Source: the human T2T-CHM13v2.0 reference genome, Homo sapiens
Length of the DNA: 64,000 bases
Assembly: GCF_009914755.1 (NCBI RefSeq)
Contig: NC_060928.1
Direction: 5' to 3' (one strand)
Below the pieces are notes generated by a model. That model did no database searches. It had not been told where the DNA came from and saw only the letters and a program-made list of their open reading frames with translations. This document shows, piece after piece, positions 40,205-54,701 of this stretch (the stretch's first letter is position 1; each line of letters opens with the position of its first letter). The translations under genes and the position numbers were made by a program.

Positions 40205-40400
40205 TAACATTCCAGTTCCAGTTTTTCTCTTACCTCTCCGTGTGACTTTGGAAAAGTCATTTTTCCTCTCCGAGTGTCTGCTTTTCCAATTGTGAAATGA
40301 GAATGGTGATATTGTCTATTTCTAATGCCTGTGTTTGCTTTGTAGTTGAGGCGGTATAATGCAAGTGAACACATTTTTGAACTCTATTGTGCTGTGTAAA
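40205..40400 (+). mobile_element. MIR fragment
   Basis: tgtgactttggaaaagtcatttttcctctccgagtgtctgcttttcc...tgtgaaatgagaat is the MIR core. Confidence 0.7.
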
Positions 40401-41895
40401 AAGATGGGCTTCAAAAATTTATAAAGGTGTTTCTTTGCTGCTTTATCTCAACTGTGCCAAGACATTACCATTTAGTGGCTTAAAAAAGCAAAAATGATTG
40501 ACATTCTACTTTTCAGTGAAGAGGTACTCTAGTTGTCAAAATGGTTTTGTTTTCTTTCCTAAGAATTTCTTACTCTCTAAGAACGTTAGACTGTTTATAG
40601 AGTATTATTAAATGGTTTAAGGAATCTTAGCCATAGTAGATTTCCCAGTGGCATGATCTTTCTATATGTTTCTTATGCAAGTCGGGCTCAGTGGACACTC
40701 TAAGAACCACAGTGGCAGATGTTTAATAATATTTCAAATTACACAGAATACACATAAAGTGCCTGGTAATAAAGTGCTTTTAAACACACTGAGAGTTATA
40801 GAAAGTCCATTATATTGTTTAAAGAACAAAGAACACCACAATTAAATTTTAAAATATCAGAAATCCCTTCAGCAATTATCCCCCAGAAATTTTGTGATAG
40901 AGATTTTTATTCTGTATCTAAAACCTAAGAAGCTTAATGCCTTATACTCAGATGGAAAAAGTGGAAAAATGCATAGAAATGTAATTCTCAGGCTCTCCTT
41001 CCTCCACTGTATGCAAATCCCTTAGTGGTATATAAATGATTTCACAGCCAAGGTTCTCACAGTAAATAATTTACTTTCCCACCATATTCTTTATGGGTGC
41101 TATATACACTCTTTATGAGACAGCAGTAAAATTCAGTAGGTTTCTTTATTTGACCAACTTTGTTCATCCCAGGAAGCAACACATATACACTTAACTGCTT
41201 CTAGAGTAAGTCTCAGTTTTATTGCAAAGCGGAGGAATAAAATTTTCTTTTTAATCAAATCTTAGTGTTAATGAAATTATCATATATATTGTATATGAAC
41301 CAGTAATTTTCCAAACTTAATAAAACCAATGATAAAACTATAGTGAGTGTGATTTCATTGCAATGATAATCTTGAAGTATTTTTATGGACTCACAATATA
41401 TTAGAGACATCAGTATGCTCATCAGTCATCATCATTTTTACTGAAAGATTTGATGAAATGATAATTAATAGAGAGTTCTGATTGATGAATTTGTGAGTAA
41501 GCCAGGGTACAACCATAAAAATACAATTTTTATTTAAATGGAATATTCCCAGCACCTCTTAAAATATTACCCATTCCCTTATTTTTTTTTCCTGCCTTCT
41601 TACCTGAGAATGTAATGAAGAAGGGAACAGGCATTTTGTGGCCTGAAAGAAAACACTATCAGCGAACTTCAGTCTGATGAGAAAACTTCCATCCAGTTAA
41701 TGTCACTTTGCTCTTGTATGGCTGCATATCCTCCCATGTTGCATTATGGAAAGTCCCTAAGTAGTTTTTTTTTTTTTTTTTAGAATGAGTGGATTATAAC
41801 AGATACACTATATCCCATCATAGAGTGATGTCAAAGAATGTGCAGTCTCCATCAGTGCCTGGTCATCCCCAACTCATCTCTACCAAAAAAGAAAC

Positions 41896-41923
41896 CACAC
41901 ACACACACACACACACAAACACA
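41896..41923. repeat. (CA)n microsatellite
   Basis: cacacacacacacacacacacaaacaca. Confidence 0.9.
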
Positions 41924-41971
41924 TGAGCCAAGAATTATAGGACGTAAAGCACTTTGAAAAATCAGACTTTT

Positions 41972-42266
41972 GGTCAGTCATGGTGGCCCACACCTATAAT
42001 TTCAGCACTTCAGGAGGTCAAGGCGGGAGAAAAGCTTGAGGACAGGAGTTCGAGACCGGCCTGGTCAGCATAGCAACAAACTATCTCTAGAAGAAGTAAA
42101 AAATTAGCCAAGCATGGTGACACATGCCTATAGTCCCAGCTACTCAGGAAGCTGATATGGGATGATCACTTGAGCCCCAGAGTTCGAGGCTGCAGTAAGC
42201 TATGCTCATGCCACTGCATTCCAACCTGGGTAACAGAGTAAGATCCTGTCAAAAAAAAAAAAAAAA
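41972..42266 (+). mobile_element. AluJ, followed by a MIR fragment
   Basis: cttgagccccagagttcgaggctgcagtaagctatg are AluJ diagnostics; poly-A tail; MIR-like sequence at about 42275-42420. Confidence 0.9.
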
Positions 42267-42529
42267 TAGCCCACAGACTTTGGTGTTAGAAAGCTATCTT
42301 CAAATCCCACTTCTTCACTAACTAATTTTGTATTAATAGCTTTGAGCAAGTTACTTAATTTTTCTGTATATCAGATGTTTTTAGTAGGGGTTAAGTGAGA
42401 CAGCATGTATAATGAGTTTTGTAGTTTCTCTAAGCAAAATGATAACTTTCCTCAAGTACTGATTGGAAATTTTTGGTAGCCCACAGAATTCTTGGTCCAT
42501 ATTTTCCTCCAGGCATTTGTGCAGTAACC

Positions 42530-42955
42530 AGCCCCTCAGCTGTGCTATGTGTTTCTCACTTTCTGTCTTGGAGGTTTTCTAACTCTACTGAGGTTCACAC
42601 ATAAGGAAACCCACTTATTAATGACAGAATGACCTGGGAGTATGAGGTAGTTAACATGCTATGGAGTAGCTGCTGAATTATGAGAATGTGATGGTTGGTG
42701 AAAAACCTCCCTTCTTTTTTTCCTTCCCTCCTTTTTCCTTCCCCATTCTGCATGTTTCCTTGGACGGTCCTGGTGGGATCAAGCCTCAGTTGCCCTCAGT
42801 GCATCAACTAAATAATTCCATAATAAAGCCACTGTAATGGCTTTTTCTGCTTCCTGTCTGGCTTTCTCCCATTTATCTCCTGCTCCTTGGAATGATTTTT
42901 TTCAATTCAATTACAGCATGCAAGCTTTTATTTCAGTCTCTATTGGATTGGGGTA
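42530..42955 (+). mobile_element. LTR16-like ERVL solo LTR
   Basis: ggtagttaac...ggtcctggtgggatcaagcctcagttgccctcag...ctgctccttggaatga...ttatttcagtctct. Confidence 0.55.
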
Positions 42956-43049
42956 TACCGTTCACCAAAATAAGATTATTAATGCTCTTAAATTATTTCA
43001 AGAAACAATGAATTGGGGCGAATAATAATTGAAAAGTGTATTAATTGCA

Positions 43050-43668
43050 AAATTAGTAACCAGTCTTCTACATCCCTGGTTGCAGACCCTTCACAATGTG
43101 ACTTTATAGCATCTCACTTTAAGAGATAAAGTTCACAGAGCTCACTTTGAGAAAAGGACAGTGACAAATGCAATGTTGATGCCAGCATACATTGGAAAAG
43201 AACCTTGAAACTGAGGTTTCCTCTCTCTTTCTTCTCATGGAAAGCACATAGCTATTATAAAATGAGTGAGTCTAGGCTAGCTATCTGGATGATGAGAGAC
43301 ACTTAGCCAAGCCATCCTTGTCAACCTAGATAACATCAATCAACAACTAGACATGGGAAAAACACCATTCTATACCAGCCTGGCTTGCGGCTGGGCATAG
43401 AAATCAGCACAGTTGGTTTAGACCAAAAAAACCTTTGTAGTCTAGCCAGAGAATTTTGAAGAAAATAAAGGTTGCTTAAGACTCTCATTTTAGAAGCAGT
43501 TTGTATTTCATTTTATTTTTATTTTTTGTAGACATAGGGTCTCACTGTGTTGCCCAGGCTGGTCCTGAACTCCTCTCCTCAAGCAATCCTCCCATCTCAA
43601 CCTGCCAAAGTGGGAGGCTCCACGCCCAGCCAGGGTAGTTCGTTATGCAGCAAAATTTCCCTAATACA
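43050..43668 (+). mobile_element. Old MLT1 (F/G-like) LTR fragments containing an Alu monomer
   Basis: caatgtgacttt...ggctagctatctggatgatgagagac...aataaaggttgcttaag...gttatgcagca...taataca. Confidence 0.55.
43505..43631 (-). mobile_element. FLAM/Alu left monomer
   Basis: gtagacatagggtctcactgtgttgcccaggctggtcctgaactcc...cacgcccagcc. Confidence 0.85.
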
Positions 43669-43944
43669 GAGCGAGTACATATTGCTTACTATCGCTTTTT
43701 TATTTCACATCAAGTAAGACTCTGGGATTCCACTTATTCTTTTGAAAATATGACTATTTAAATTTTATTGTATTTGACAAGTCAAGCTGCATTCTGCTTT
43801 CTATAACTTTTCCTTTTTTTCTATTATTGTTCAATCTTAACTATTATAGATTAATTTTATAGCTCTCCATTGCACCCTTTTGTAATAGCCTCCCTTATTT
43901 TATAGAGGTATATGATATTTATGTCTATATCCTCACTCATCATT

Positions 43945-44270
43945 CCCACTCTGGGGAATGCCAGCTATCTATCATGTCATAAAGACACACAGGCAGACTC
44001 AGGAAAGGCCCATGTGGTGAGGAACTAAGGTCTGCTGCCGATAGCTTCTTTTGAAAAACAGGCCTTCTATTACTATGCTGAACAAATTTGGAAGTGGATT
44101 CTCCCCAAGTTGAACCTTCTGATGACGCCTCTAGACTATAACTTCATGATAGACCCTAATTCAGAAAAACCCAGCTATGCTGCTCCTCAATTGTGAGGTA
44201 ATTATTGTTTGCTCTTTCCATCTGCTAAGTTCTGAGGGGTAATTTGCTCTATTGCGATAGGTAACTAAAG
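43945..44270 (+). mobile_element. MLT1 LTR fragment
   Basis: ggcccatgtggtgaggaactaagg...ttggaagtggattctccccaagttgaaccttctgatgac...ccatctgctaagttctgaggggtaatttg. Confidence 0.7.
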
Positions 44271-47200
44271 CAAGGCTCAACAGAGATGGTCCATATAATG
44301 TAGATAAAGTACTTGCCCTAGATCTCCTTATGAATCTTAATTTGTACAATTAATTTTCATTCCTGGGCTTTTTCAGAAGCTGCTGTCTATGGCAAGGGAA
44401 ATCAGGCTCAAAAATCTAATCAAATAACTAATCATCAGTGTATGCATTCATCTGAATTGCCAGATAATCCTTAACATCAGGATAGTGTTTTTGTATAACT
44501 TATTTTTTTTTAAATCAGGGGAGTAAAGTATTTGTTGAAGATATTAATAGGATATTAGCAGGGAATTGCAGGGATCTGCTCACAGCCTTTTGGGACTTAT
44601 TGACTTACACCTGTAAGCAAAACACATTGGCTCTATTTTTAAACACACGTGAACGTATGTGCCTGAGCACATGCATACACACAACGCACTGTAATTCTTT
44701 GGTACATACTGTCAAAACAGGGGACTTATCTTTTTTTATGTAGCTCATTTCTTTGTGACAAATTGTCTATGTCTTGGCTTGCTTCCAATTTTAATACATC
44801 ATCTGAGCCTACGATTTCTGGAAAACTATTTCACCAATATTTACAATGTAGAAATCGGATGTGTCCTGAGTCTCATTCTCCAGTCATCCTAGCCTTTGCT
44901 ATCTAAAGTTATAGCCAACTAATTTTCATTCATCTATTTATCCATACAATTATTCTTACATTTATTCTTGAGGCATATACCCTGCAATTTATTGGTGAGT
45001 GAAACGTTTCTAGAAAAGCACTTCTGGAATTTTAGATTTTCTTGTATATTTATATTTTTATAGGGACCTTCTTAGTGGTAGTTCTATAATCCAAAGCAAT
45101 GATTTTCAACAGCAGAAAAATCAAGATTTCTCTTTCAGTGAAAGCAAAGAGTGATGAGAAAATATTTCACAACAGACAGATATTTCACATTCCTGAAAGA
45201 AAAAGAGGTCAATACACGCTCAGAGTGAGAAGATGAGTTAGGCTAATGAGGTAGTTTGAAGCAGGTGTCCCAGTCCCTGTAGGAATCTGTCTACATGCTG
45301 ATAAAACCATTATTTCAGGAATTCTGCTTCGTGAAATTAAAACTAAACAAATAAAATGTCTCCTGTTAATGGAGATGCCAAGGGTGGGTGACATTTTTGG
45401 GTTTGTGGCCCCACACTCTAAATGATGTGAAAATGCGTGATCCTTGCTGAGAGCACTGCTGAGCTGTTTGCTCCATTCCACAGGCAACCAGGCTGATGTA
45501 TTCTGCTCACACAGGGAGAGCTCACAAAAATATCTACGACACCTTTAAATATCAAATGGAAAGCTTAAAATATAAACTTTTGAATGCTTTTTCATTTATG
45601 TCTACCTTTGTCTTGTCTTCCGCTCTCCCCAAGAATGTACCCCAGGCAGATTAAATCTCAAAGATAAAGAATTCATTTCCAGAATATGTTTCCTTGGTAC
45701 GTTAAAAACAGCTTTTAGGATTCTATTTTCTGGTTACATGTTATTTTCCCTTATCATTCCAACAACTGTAATATTAAGAAAATTTATTGTGTAGCCTAGG
45801 GCCTCGGGAACATAGGACCAATATGCCATATGACTGTAGATTCGGGGATGCTGTTTGCAGCTAGCCAAATTATGTTCATTGGGATATGGTTTACTACTTT
45901 AACCCTGTGAAGTACCAAAAATTAAATATACATGTTTTAGTGGAAACCCAGTGAAATACCCATACTCTGAACAAGTAGAGAAATTATGTTTGTGTATAAA
46001 TTATATTTTGATAACTGGAAGCATCTCTTTTTCTGAAGTTTCTCTTGCCTACTGCAAGCAGAATTATTCTCTCATCTGTGTTCTTATAATACTTTACACA
46101 AAACTCCGTGAGAATGTACGTTATAGTATTGATAGCTTTTATATAGCTTCTTCCCCCAGACAGTGACTAACTGCAAGGATTTGTCTTCACTATTTTATTC
46201 CCCAAACACATCTAATTCCTCAAGAATTTATTAGACACTCCAAAATATCTAAAAAAGGTTAACTGCTGCTTTAATTTTAATTTAGGAGTGTAAGACAAAA
46301 CATCTAAACATTGGATTTGTCAATGAGTGGCTATTTTCTACATTTGCTAATTTTGTGAGTAGTCCCAATTGTAGAGTGTTGGAGCAGGATCAGGCAAAGA
46401 CTAAAATTAGAACACATCAGGAAATTGTAACAGAAGGATGGGGGTGCCATGGGCCTTGGTCAAGCATGAGGGCACACGAGATGCCTTGTGGCAAGATATG
46501 TAAACGTATCCATAGGGCCTGGCCAGTGACATCATTATGTACTTGGCTCTTGACAGGGGCTACTCCAGACTCAGGAAACAGATCTGAAAAATACACTGTC
46601 CTCAGTTTACATGTTCACATTTGGCTGTGGCTCCAGCCACTCGGGTTCCTTGTTTCTGCCTGTGCTCTTGCCTTGGTTTTCAGCCTTCCTAGAATGACGG
46701 TAGTTCCTGTCAATCCTTTTAATAAATGCGTTCTCTATTTAAGTCAGCTAGATTTGGTATATGCTGCTTGTAGCTAAGAACCTTGCCTGAGGTAGTTATG
46801 ACAAGTGTTTAGGCACAACCAAACTGTTTCATTTACTAGACCTGAGGTGCAACGTAAGGACTCTTCACAAGAAGCAAGATACGAACTTTGTTGATTCATT
46901 CGTGTATCATATATACCTAGCAAAATGCATCCCAGCACATTTGTTGATAGAAAGACATTTTTTGTATAAGTAAGTGTTTGGGTGAAGGAATGAATATATG
47001 AACTGCCAGAGGGAAAAGCAAAAGTGTATTCTGTGCCACTCAACTAACTCGAATTATAATTAAATCTTCCTTAAATTTTCATATAACTCCACACAGTATA
47101 TAAAGCAATGAAGAAATATTCAGGGTCTTTTTAGACAAAGAAGGTTTAGTTTACTAATTAACTGAATCCAGTGTATTTACATGCTCTTGGACAACAAAAA

Positions 47201-47424
47201 ACTGACGGCTGTTATTTGCCAGACTAGATACAGCATAATTTTATTTTATTTTTTCAGATTGAAACTAGAGTTCAGGTCTGTGAAATATAGCAACTTATTA
47301 ACAATTACAAGAAAATAAATGCCTTCTTTGGCAGAAAGTGTTTTCAATTTGTACAGAATACTCTCATTCTTGAAATTACTTAGGCTCTCAGTACCCCTTC
47401 CAATTCAACATTGACAACTTTTTT

Positions 47425-48851
<1,427 letters not shown>

Positions 48852-49344
48852 TAAACATAGTTCAAATCAGCCTAATTCTTCCAGCTGTATAACAAGTCTT
48901 TCTGAGTTAGTTGTTTCTCCTTATAGGGCCATAATTTCCATGGTTATTTAAGCTTAGGACACTGGAAATACATTGCATGTATTTATCTTCTTTGCTCTTA
49001 TGTAGTCAGTGGATTCTCCCTGTGCAACACATCTCTGACCATAATCCATGGTGATGATTTCACTCTAGCAAGTTCATTATAAAATTTCCCCAAATTTTGC
49101 TTTCACTATACATGTTGCCTGTTTAACTGGCTTCATGAATTCTTCAGAATGAAGTATGGTTTCTGTAATGCACTTAAAGCTCTCTTTACTATTCATTCAC
49201 ATCATCTCTTATAATATACCGTAAACATGCTCATTTTATGTATCTGGAATAAAATACTGATCTTGTGTTTTGGTTGTTTAAATGCCTGCACCACTTTGAT
49301 TATGCAAACACAGCTCCATGTTTCATTCTGTGGTCTCATGTATC

Positions 49345-49846
49345 TTTGGGGAGACAATTCTCTATGGGAGACAAGGTTTCTGCATATTTGGAATCAGCTG
49401 CTATTCTAGGCTATCTCTTCAAAGATGTTTGTGTAGCAAACTGTCTCATAAGATAGAAAAAGTGTCTCTTTCCAGAGCAGAGATATTTATTCCCTAACCA
49501 ATATAACAAAGACAATGTTCCATTTCAAGGCAAATGGTGCGCAGTCTGGTAGCAGGCCTTTTAAAGAACTGGACCTTCCTAAACTTGGGATTATTCATTT
49601 GTGACACAAATCCACTGTGTATACAATAATGACCTAGGTCACTCCAGATCACCTATATAGTATTTGGAAGCAAGAGTTAATTGATGTGAAGGTCTATCTC
49701 ATGCTGCCTCTTGTTCTATAAATAGCAATGACATTTGTCTCTGACACAAGAGTCTCGTGTTTTGTACCACGATCTGTGAAACTGTGGCAGGAAACTTCTC
49801 GGTTTGCAAGGGGAGTAAAATCTCAGACCCTTTGCAGTTCTTGGCA
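49345..49846 (+). mobile_element. LTR40 (ERVL) solo LTR
   Basis: gggagacaattctctatggg...tttgtctctgacacaagagtctcgtgt...gaaactgtggcagg...gtaaaatctcagaccctttgcagttcttggca. Confidence 0.85.
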
Positions 49847-50741
49847 CTACCTACAATGATGGTCACTTATGTTATTAATTGAAACCTACACTTATTTTGT
49901 AATCCTATATATTTATTTCTCACATAAATTTTAACTTTCTTAAAAGTAGGAGATACAGCATATATTAACCACTCAGCAAACAATATAGGAATTCAAATTA
50001 TTTCTTTCTTACAATTTTGTTTGGTTCCTCCACCCCCTGACCCCACTAGAGTGTAACATCTGTGAAAATAGGGACTTGTCTTATTTATCTGTTCAAGACT
50101 AGTATCTGTAAAAAGTGCCTGGGAAATGCTATATACTTTCAACATATATAATAAATGACAGATCAGACATTCCAAGTTTCTGAACTTGTCTGAAAAAAGA
50201 TTAGCTTTTCTAGCCTAACAAATTAAAAATTAAAATTACTAGTAGAAAGGACTTTGAGGGAGGCCTGATTTGATGATTTGAAGAAAATATTTTGTGTGGA
50301 ATACACAATGCCTTCACCTTCTGGAAATGATTGACTAAGATCTGCTATAAGCAGGAGGACTATTCCAGGAGGAGAATTTTAAAAAGTAGGCTTGAATAAA
50401 GAATATCTTATATCCATGTAGACAAAATCTAATAGAAGTGCATGCATCCATGTAACAGAAATAGCCTGTGGTTCTCCAACATCCATTCTTCCTTAATAGG
50501 AAACTTCCAGCATTTTAACTAGGCACATAGTCTCTCAGAATAAAGACTACATTACCCAGTACACTTTGCAACAAAGTATTACTTGTTACTAAGTTGAGGT
50601 CACTGTGATAATATTGCATTGGATTCTAATTAGTGTCCTAAAATCATGCGTTTCCTTGTGTCCTTCCTTCTTGTTTGCTTGAATGCCGATGTGGCAGCTT
50701 TAGCCAAGACAAATATTTGGATTGCGTGATCTTGGACAATA

Positions 50742-53457
50742 AAGTTGGCCCTTGAACAACATAGGGGTAAGGGGTGCCTACCTCCTATGCATTTGAAAAT
50801 CTACATATCATATTTGACCCTGAAAATCTTAACTACTCATAGCCTACTGTTGACTAGAAAGTTTTTCAATAAGAAAAAGTCAATTAACACATGTTTTGTG
50901 TGTTGTATGTATTAAATACTGTATTCTTACAATAAAGTGAACTAGAGAAAACAAAATATTATTAAGACAATCATAAGGAAAAGAAAATATACTTACTATT
51001 CATTAAGTGGAAGTTGATTATCATAAAGGTCTTCATCCTCATCATCATCATGTTGATGGACATGGCTAGGATGGCCATCAGATGGCTGAGAAAGAGGAGG
51101 AAGAGGGCTTGGTCTTGTCACAGTAGTGGCAGAGGAGAAAGAGGTGAAGGAAGTGAAAGGGAAAGCAAGACAGGTGTGCATACTCAGTGTAGATTTATGG
51201 AAATACATTGCAATTTCTGCCGGACATTTTTTTCGTTTTTTTTCTCTAACAATATTTCTATATGATACCAATCCTTCTTCCACCATGTCCTTCAGTTTCA
51301 GTGCCCAAATAATACAAAAGTCCATATCCTAAAAAAAGGCAAAAGCAGTCTTGAGTAATCAGAACCCTCTGGTAGATTATGTAATTGTCAGTTTGTGTTT
51401 TGGTACTGCTAATTCTACATCTTTTTCCTCACCATCTGACACTAGTCTGAAAGCACTCATCTCTATCAGTAAGGAAGAGAAGTGAGCACCGGAATTAAAT
51501 TAAATTAAATTAATTAATTTATTTTGTATGCTGTCTTCTAGCTCTTGAATTTCCCCAAGATTCATATCTTGAAACTTTTTATCCCCTGCCTTGTTTTGCC
51601 ATATCCAGCATCACTTTCATGATTTTCTTAATTGTCTCTGTTGACAATTCTGTGAGTCATGCACAACACTTGGACAGTTTTCTCCAGCAAGAATTTATTG
51701 TTTTAGGCTTTATGGCTTTCACAGCTTTTTCTATAAGAAGGACAACATCTTCAATAGTGTAATCCTTCCAGACTTTTATGATGTTCTCTCTTTCAGGGTT
51801 CTCTTCCATAGTGATGACAACTGTTTCCATAGAGTACCATGTATAATGAACCGTAAAGGTCCTTATGACTTTTAATTAGAGGCTGAATTAAAGCCATGTG
51901 TTTCATGGCAAATAGACTACTTTAACGCTTTTGATACTGAACTCAAGGGGGTTCTCAGTGGCCAAAATCATGGTATAATATCAAAAAAAACTTTAAAAGG
52001 CATTTCCTTACTGGCAGGGTACTTCCTGATTTCAGGGACAAAACATCAATGGGAGCCTATCCAGAAAAAGTGTTCTTATTGTCCAGGTCTGCTTGTAATA
52101 CAAACAAATGACTGGAAGCTGGTGTGTATATTTTTTTCCTTCAGGGCTTCGGATTTAGTAGCTTTATAGATAAGGGCAGTCCTAATTATAAACCTGACTA
52201 TATTTGCACAAAACAGCAGAGTTAGCCTATCCCTTTCTGCCTTAAATTCTGGTTCTCACTTATCTTCCTTATTAATGAATGTTCTTTGTGCCTTCCCCCC
52301 ACTCCACACCCAGAACAGGTCACTTTCTTCTGCATTAAAAATCTGTTCAGGCAGATATCCTTCTCCTTGGTGATTTTCTTATTTACTGCCTCTTGGTCAG
52401 CAGAAGCTGCTGCACTTATCTTGACATTATTTAGCCTAATCTTTTTCTAAACTTATCAAACCATCCTTAGCTGGCATTAAATTCTCCAGCTTCCTTTTTG
52501 CTTTAAATTGTCATATAATGACTTTACTTTTTCTCAAATCATGTTAGAGTAAAATAGGTACATCTTTCTTATAGCAATCCTTCACCAACATGAAAGCTGC
52601 ATTTTCAATACAAAATGTAAAGGTGTTTCACAAAATGTGCAAGGTTTTCACACATGCTGGTGTAGCTGCAGCACAGGCTTCATAAATTTCCTTTTCCTTT
52701 TTACAATGGTCTTTGTGTTGGCTTCATTGATCTTGAAATTGTGGGCAATCTCAGCTGAAGATCTCAATCTGTGGTACATATAAGGCAATTCAAACTTTTC
52801 TTGTTCTGTCATGACTTTGATTCTTGGGAGCACTTTCAGCATTACTAGTGACACTTCATATGGGTCCCATGGTATTACTCAAGGTTTAAAGTATTATACT
52901 AAATACAATGAAAAATACACAAGAACCATGAGATATCACTTTTCACTGCTATACGCAATTTAATGAAGAGATGAATGGCTCACACAGAGATGATGAGGAT
53001 CACATGGCAGATGTTTTAAGCACATTTAACACTTGAGCTTACCACAATAGCAACAGGAGGTGGCTATGAATTTATTATAGTACAACAGTACACACTACAG
53101 TTAATTTTATGCAGGTATGTTTTATGCATCTTTACTTTCATTTACATTTCTCTTGACTGCAAATGACACCATGTATGGTCTGTAAGTGTGTGCATAATTT
53201 TGATAACTTTAACTTTTTGTAATAGATTTGTGTGTATTTCATGGTAGCAAATTTGTGTAAATTTCATGGTAGCAAAATGGTAAAATCAATTATTATCTAG
53301 ACATACTTTATGCATTCATGACATACCTAACTTTTGGTAAGTTTTCTTTTCAAATTGTCACAAATGCTCCCCCACATTTTCCAATATACTTATTTTTAAT
53401 AATGTATTTGTGGGTAGACTGACACATTTCAAACCCATGATGTTCAAGGGTCAACTG
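50742..53457 (-). mobile_element. Full-length Tigger2 (pogo-like) DNA transposon, 2716 bp; transposase pseudogene on the minus strand
   Basis: TIRs (a)agttggcccttgaacaaca / tgatgttcaagggtcaactg with TA/CA flanks; CENP-B-like HTH remnant KVMTEQEKFELPYMYHRLRSSAEIAHNFKINEA; acidic C-terminal remnant DDDEDEDLYDNQLPLNE*. Confidence 0.92.
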
Positions 53458-54649
53458 CATATGTGTTATCTGTGTCTTAGTAACTCCATATGTAAAATTG
53501 GAATAGTATTCTGATTATTTTGAGTGTTAAGTGAGCTATAAGTAAAGCTGTTTACTATGTTCATGGCCCATAGGAAATAGTAAAAACATATTTGCTATTA
53601 CTATTATTAAAATTATGTTTTTTAAAGGTAATAGAGCAAACAATATAGAAAGGGCCTGGCCTTCTAGGAGCTGCAATTTTAGCCCTAAATTTTCTTTTTC
53701 TATATTAAATTTCTATGAATGAGAAGAAAAAACAAACACTTCTATTTTGTGTAACCTATTATTACTAGCTACTGTCAGTTTAGTTTTTTGTTTGGTTTTG
53801 TTATGTTTTCATTGTTGGTCATTCTCAAAGTAAAGTTAATTGCTTAATTTGGCTAATGTAAATTTAAGAATGGTTATTAAATTTCCAACAAGTAATAATC
53901 AATAAAACAAGAAGATTCAAAAATTGAAACTCATAGTAATGGTTATAAATTATTTCTATGTGAAGACATTTTTGAAATCCCCAGAATATGCCAATTTTAT
54001 AAGGTAAATCTATTTTTAAGTGACAAAAATAACATTCAGACTTAGAAAGATAAAGTAATTAGGCCAATGAAGCAAGCTAATCGGAAACAAAGCTGTATAT
54101 TCAATCAATATACATCACCATAGTTTAAACTCTGCCCTTTATTGACAGGTGTTCTGGCATATTTCAGATAGGTGGAGTGTGGTCAGAATATTTTTTACAA
54201 ATGTAGCCTCAAGGAAGCAACAAAGCCATCTCTGCAAAAACAAAAACATAACTGGTTATTCCTCTCTAGAGCTGATTGCCTGGAGCAGCTATTAGTGCTG
54301 TTGTTTTGGACATTTTTGGTGAGTTGTGCAATCACATTGTAAGTTATTGTTGTGCGAGCAGTCTTAGCTGCTGAAGTTTCATTGTAGGTGGTTATGCTGT
54401 ATTCTATGGCAACACAGTGGAGTAAATCCTCTTTCCCATGGCTCCTTTCTCATTTACTGAAATGATGACCAGAGTAATTTTCCTGTAGATAGATCACTTT
54501 CAGACATGGGGAATAGAACAATGGACTAGCTGCATTGTTGTTTGTTTGTTTGTTTGTGTGTCTCAGAATCTTCGGTTTTCTTTTTGCTACCTTACTAATT
54601 TTTAAGATTTTTTTTTAAAGAAACAACAATTCCTTAAGATCCTTGGTTT

Positions 54650-54701
54650 TATATATATATATTATATATATAATTTATATATATATTATATATATATATA
54701 T
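54650..54701. repeat. (TA)n-rich microsatellite
   Basis: tatatatatatattatatatataatttatatatatattatatatatatatat. Confidence 0.9.

Noticed and set aside
46355-46777. 140-aa ORF
   Set aside because: It has a non-ATG start, no recognisable domain, and its 3' part resembles an old LTR (LTR33-like) end.
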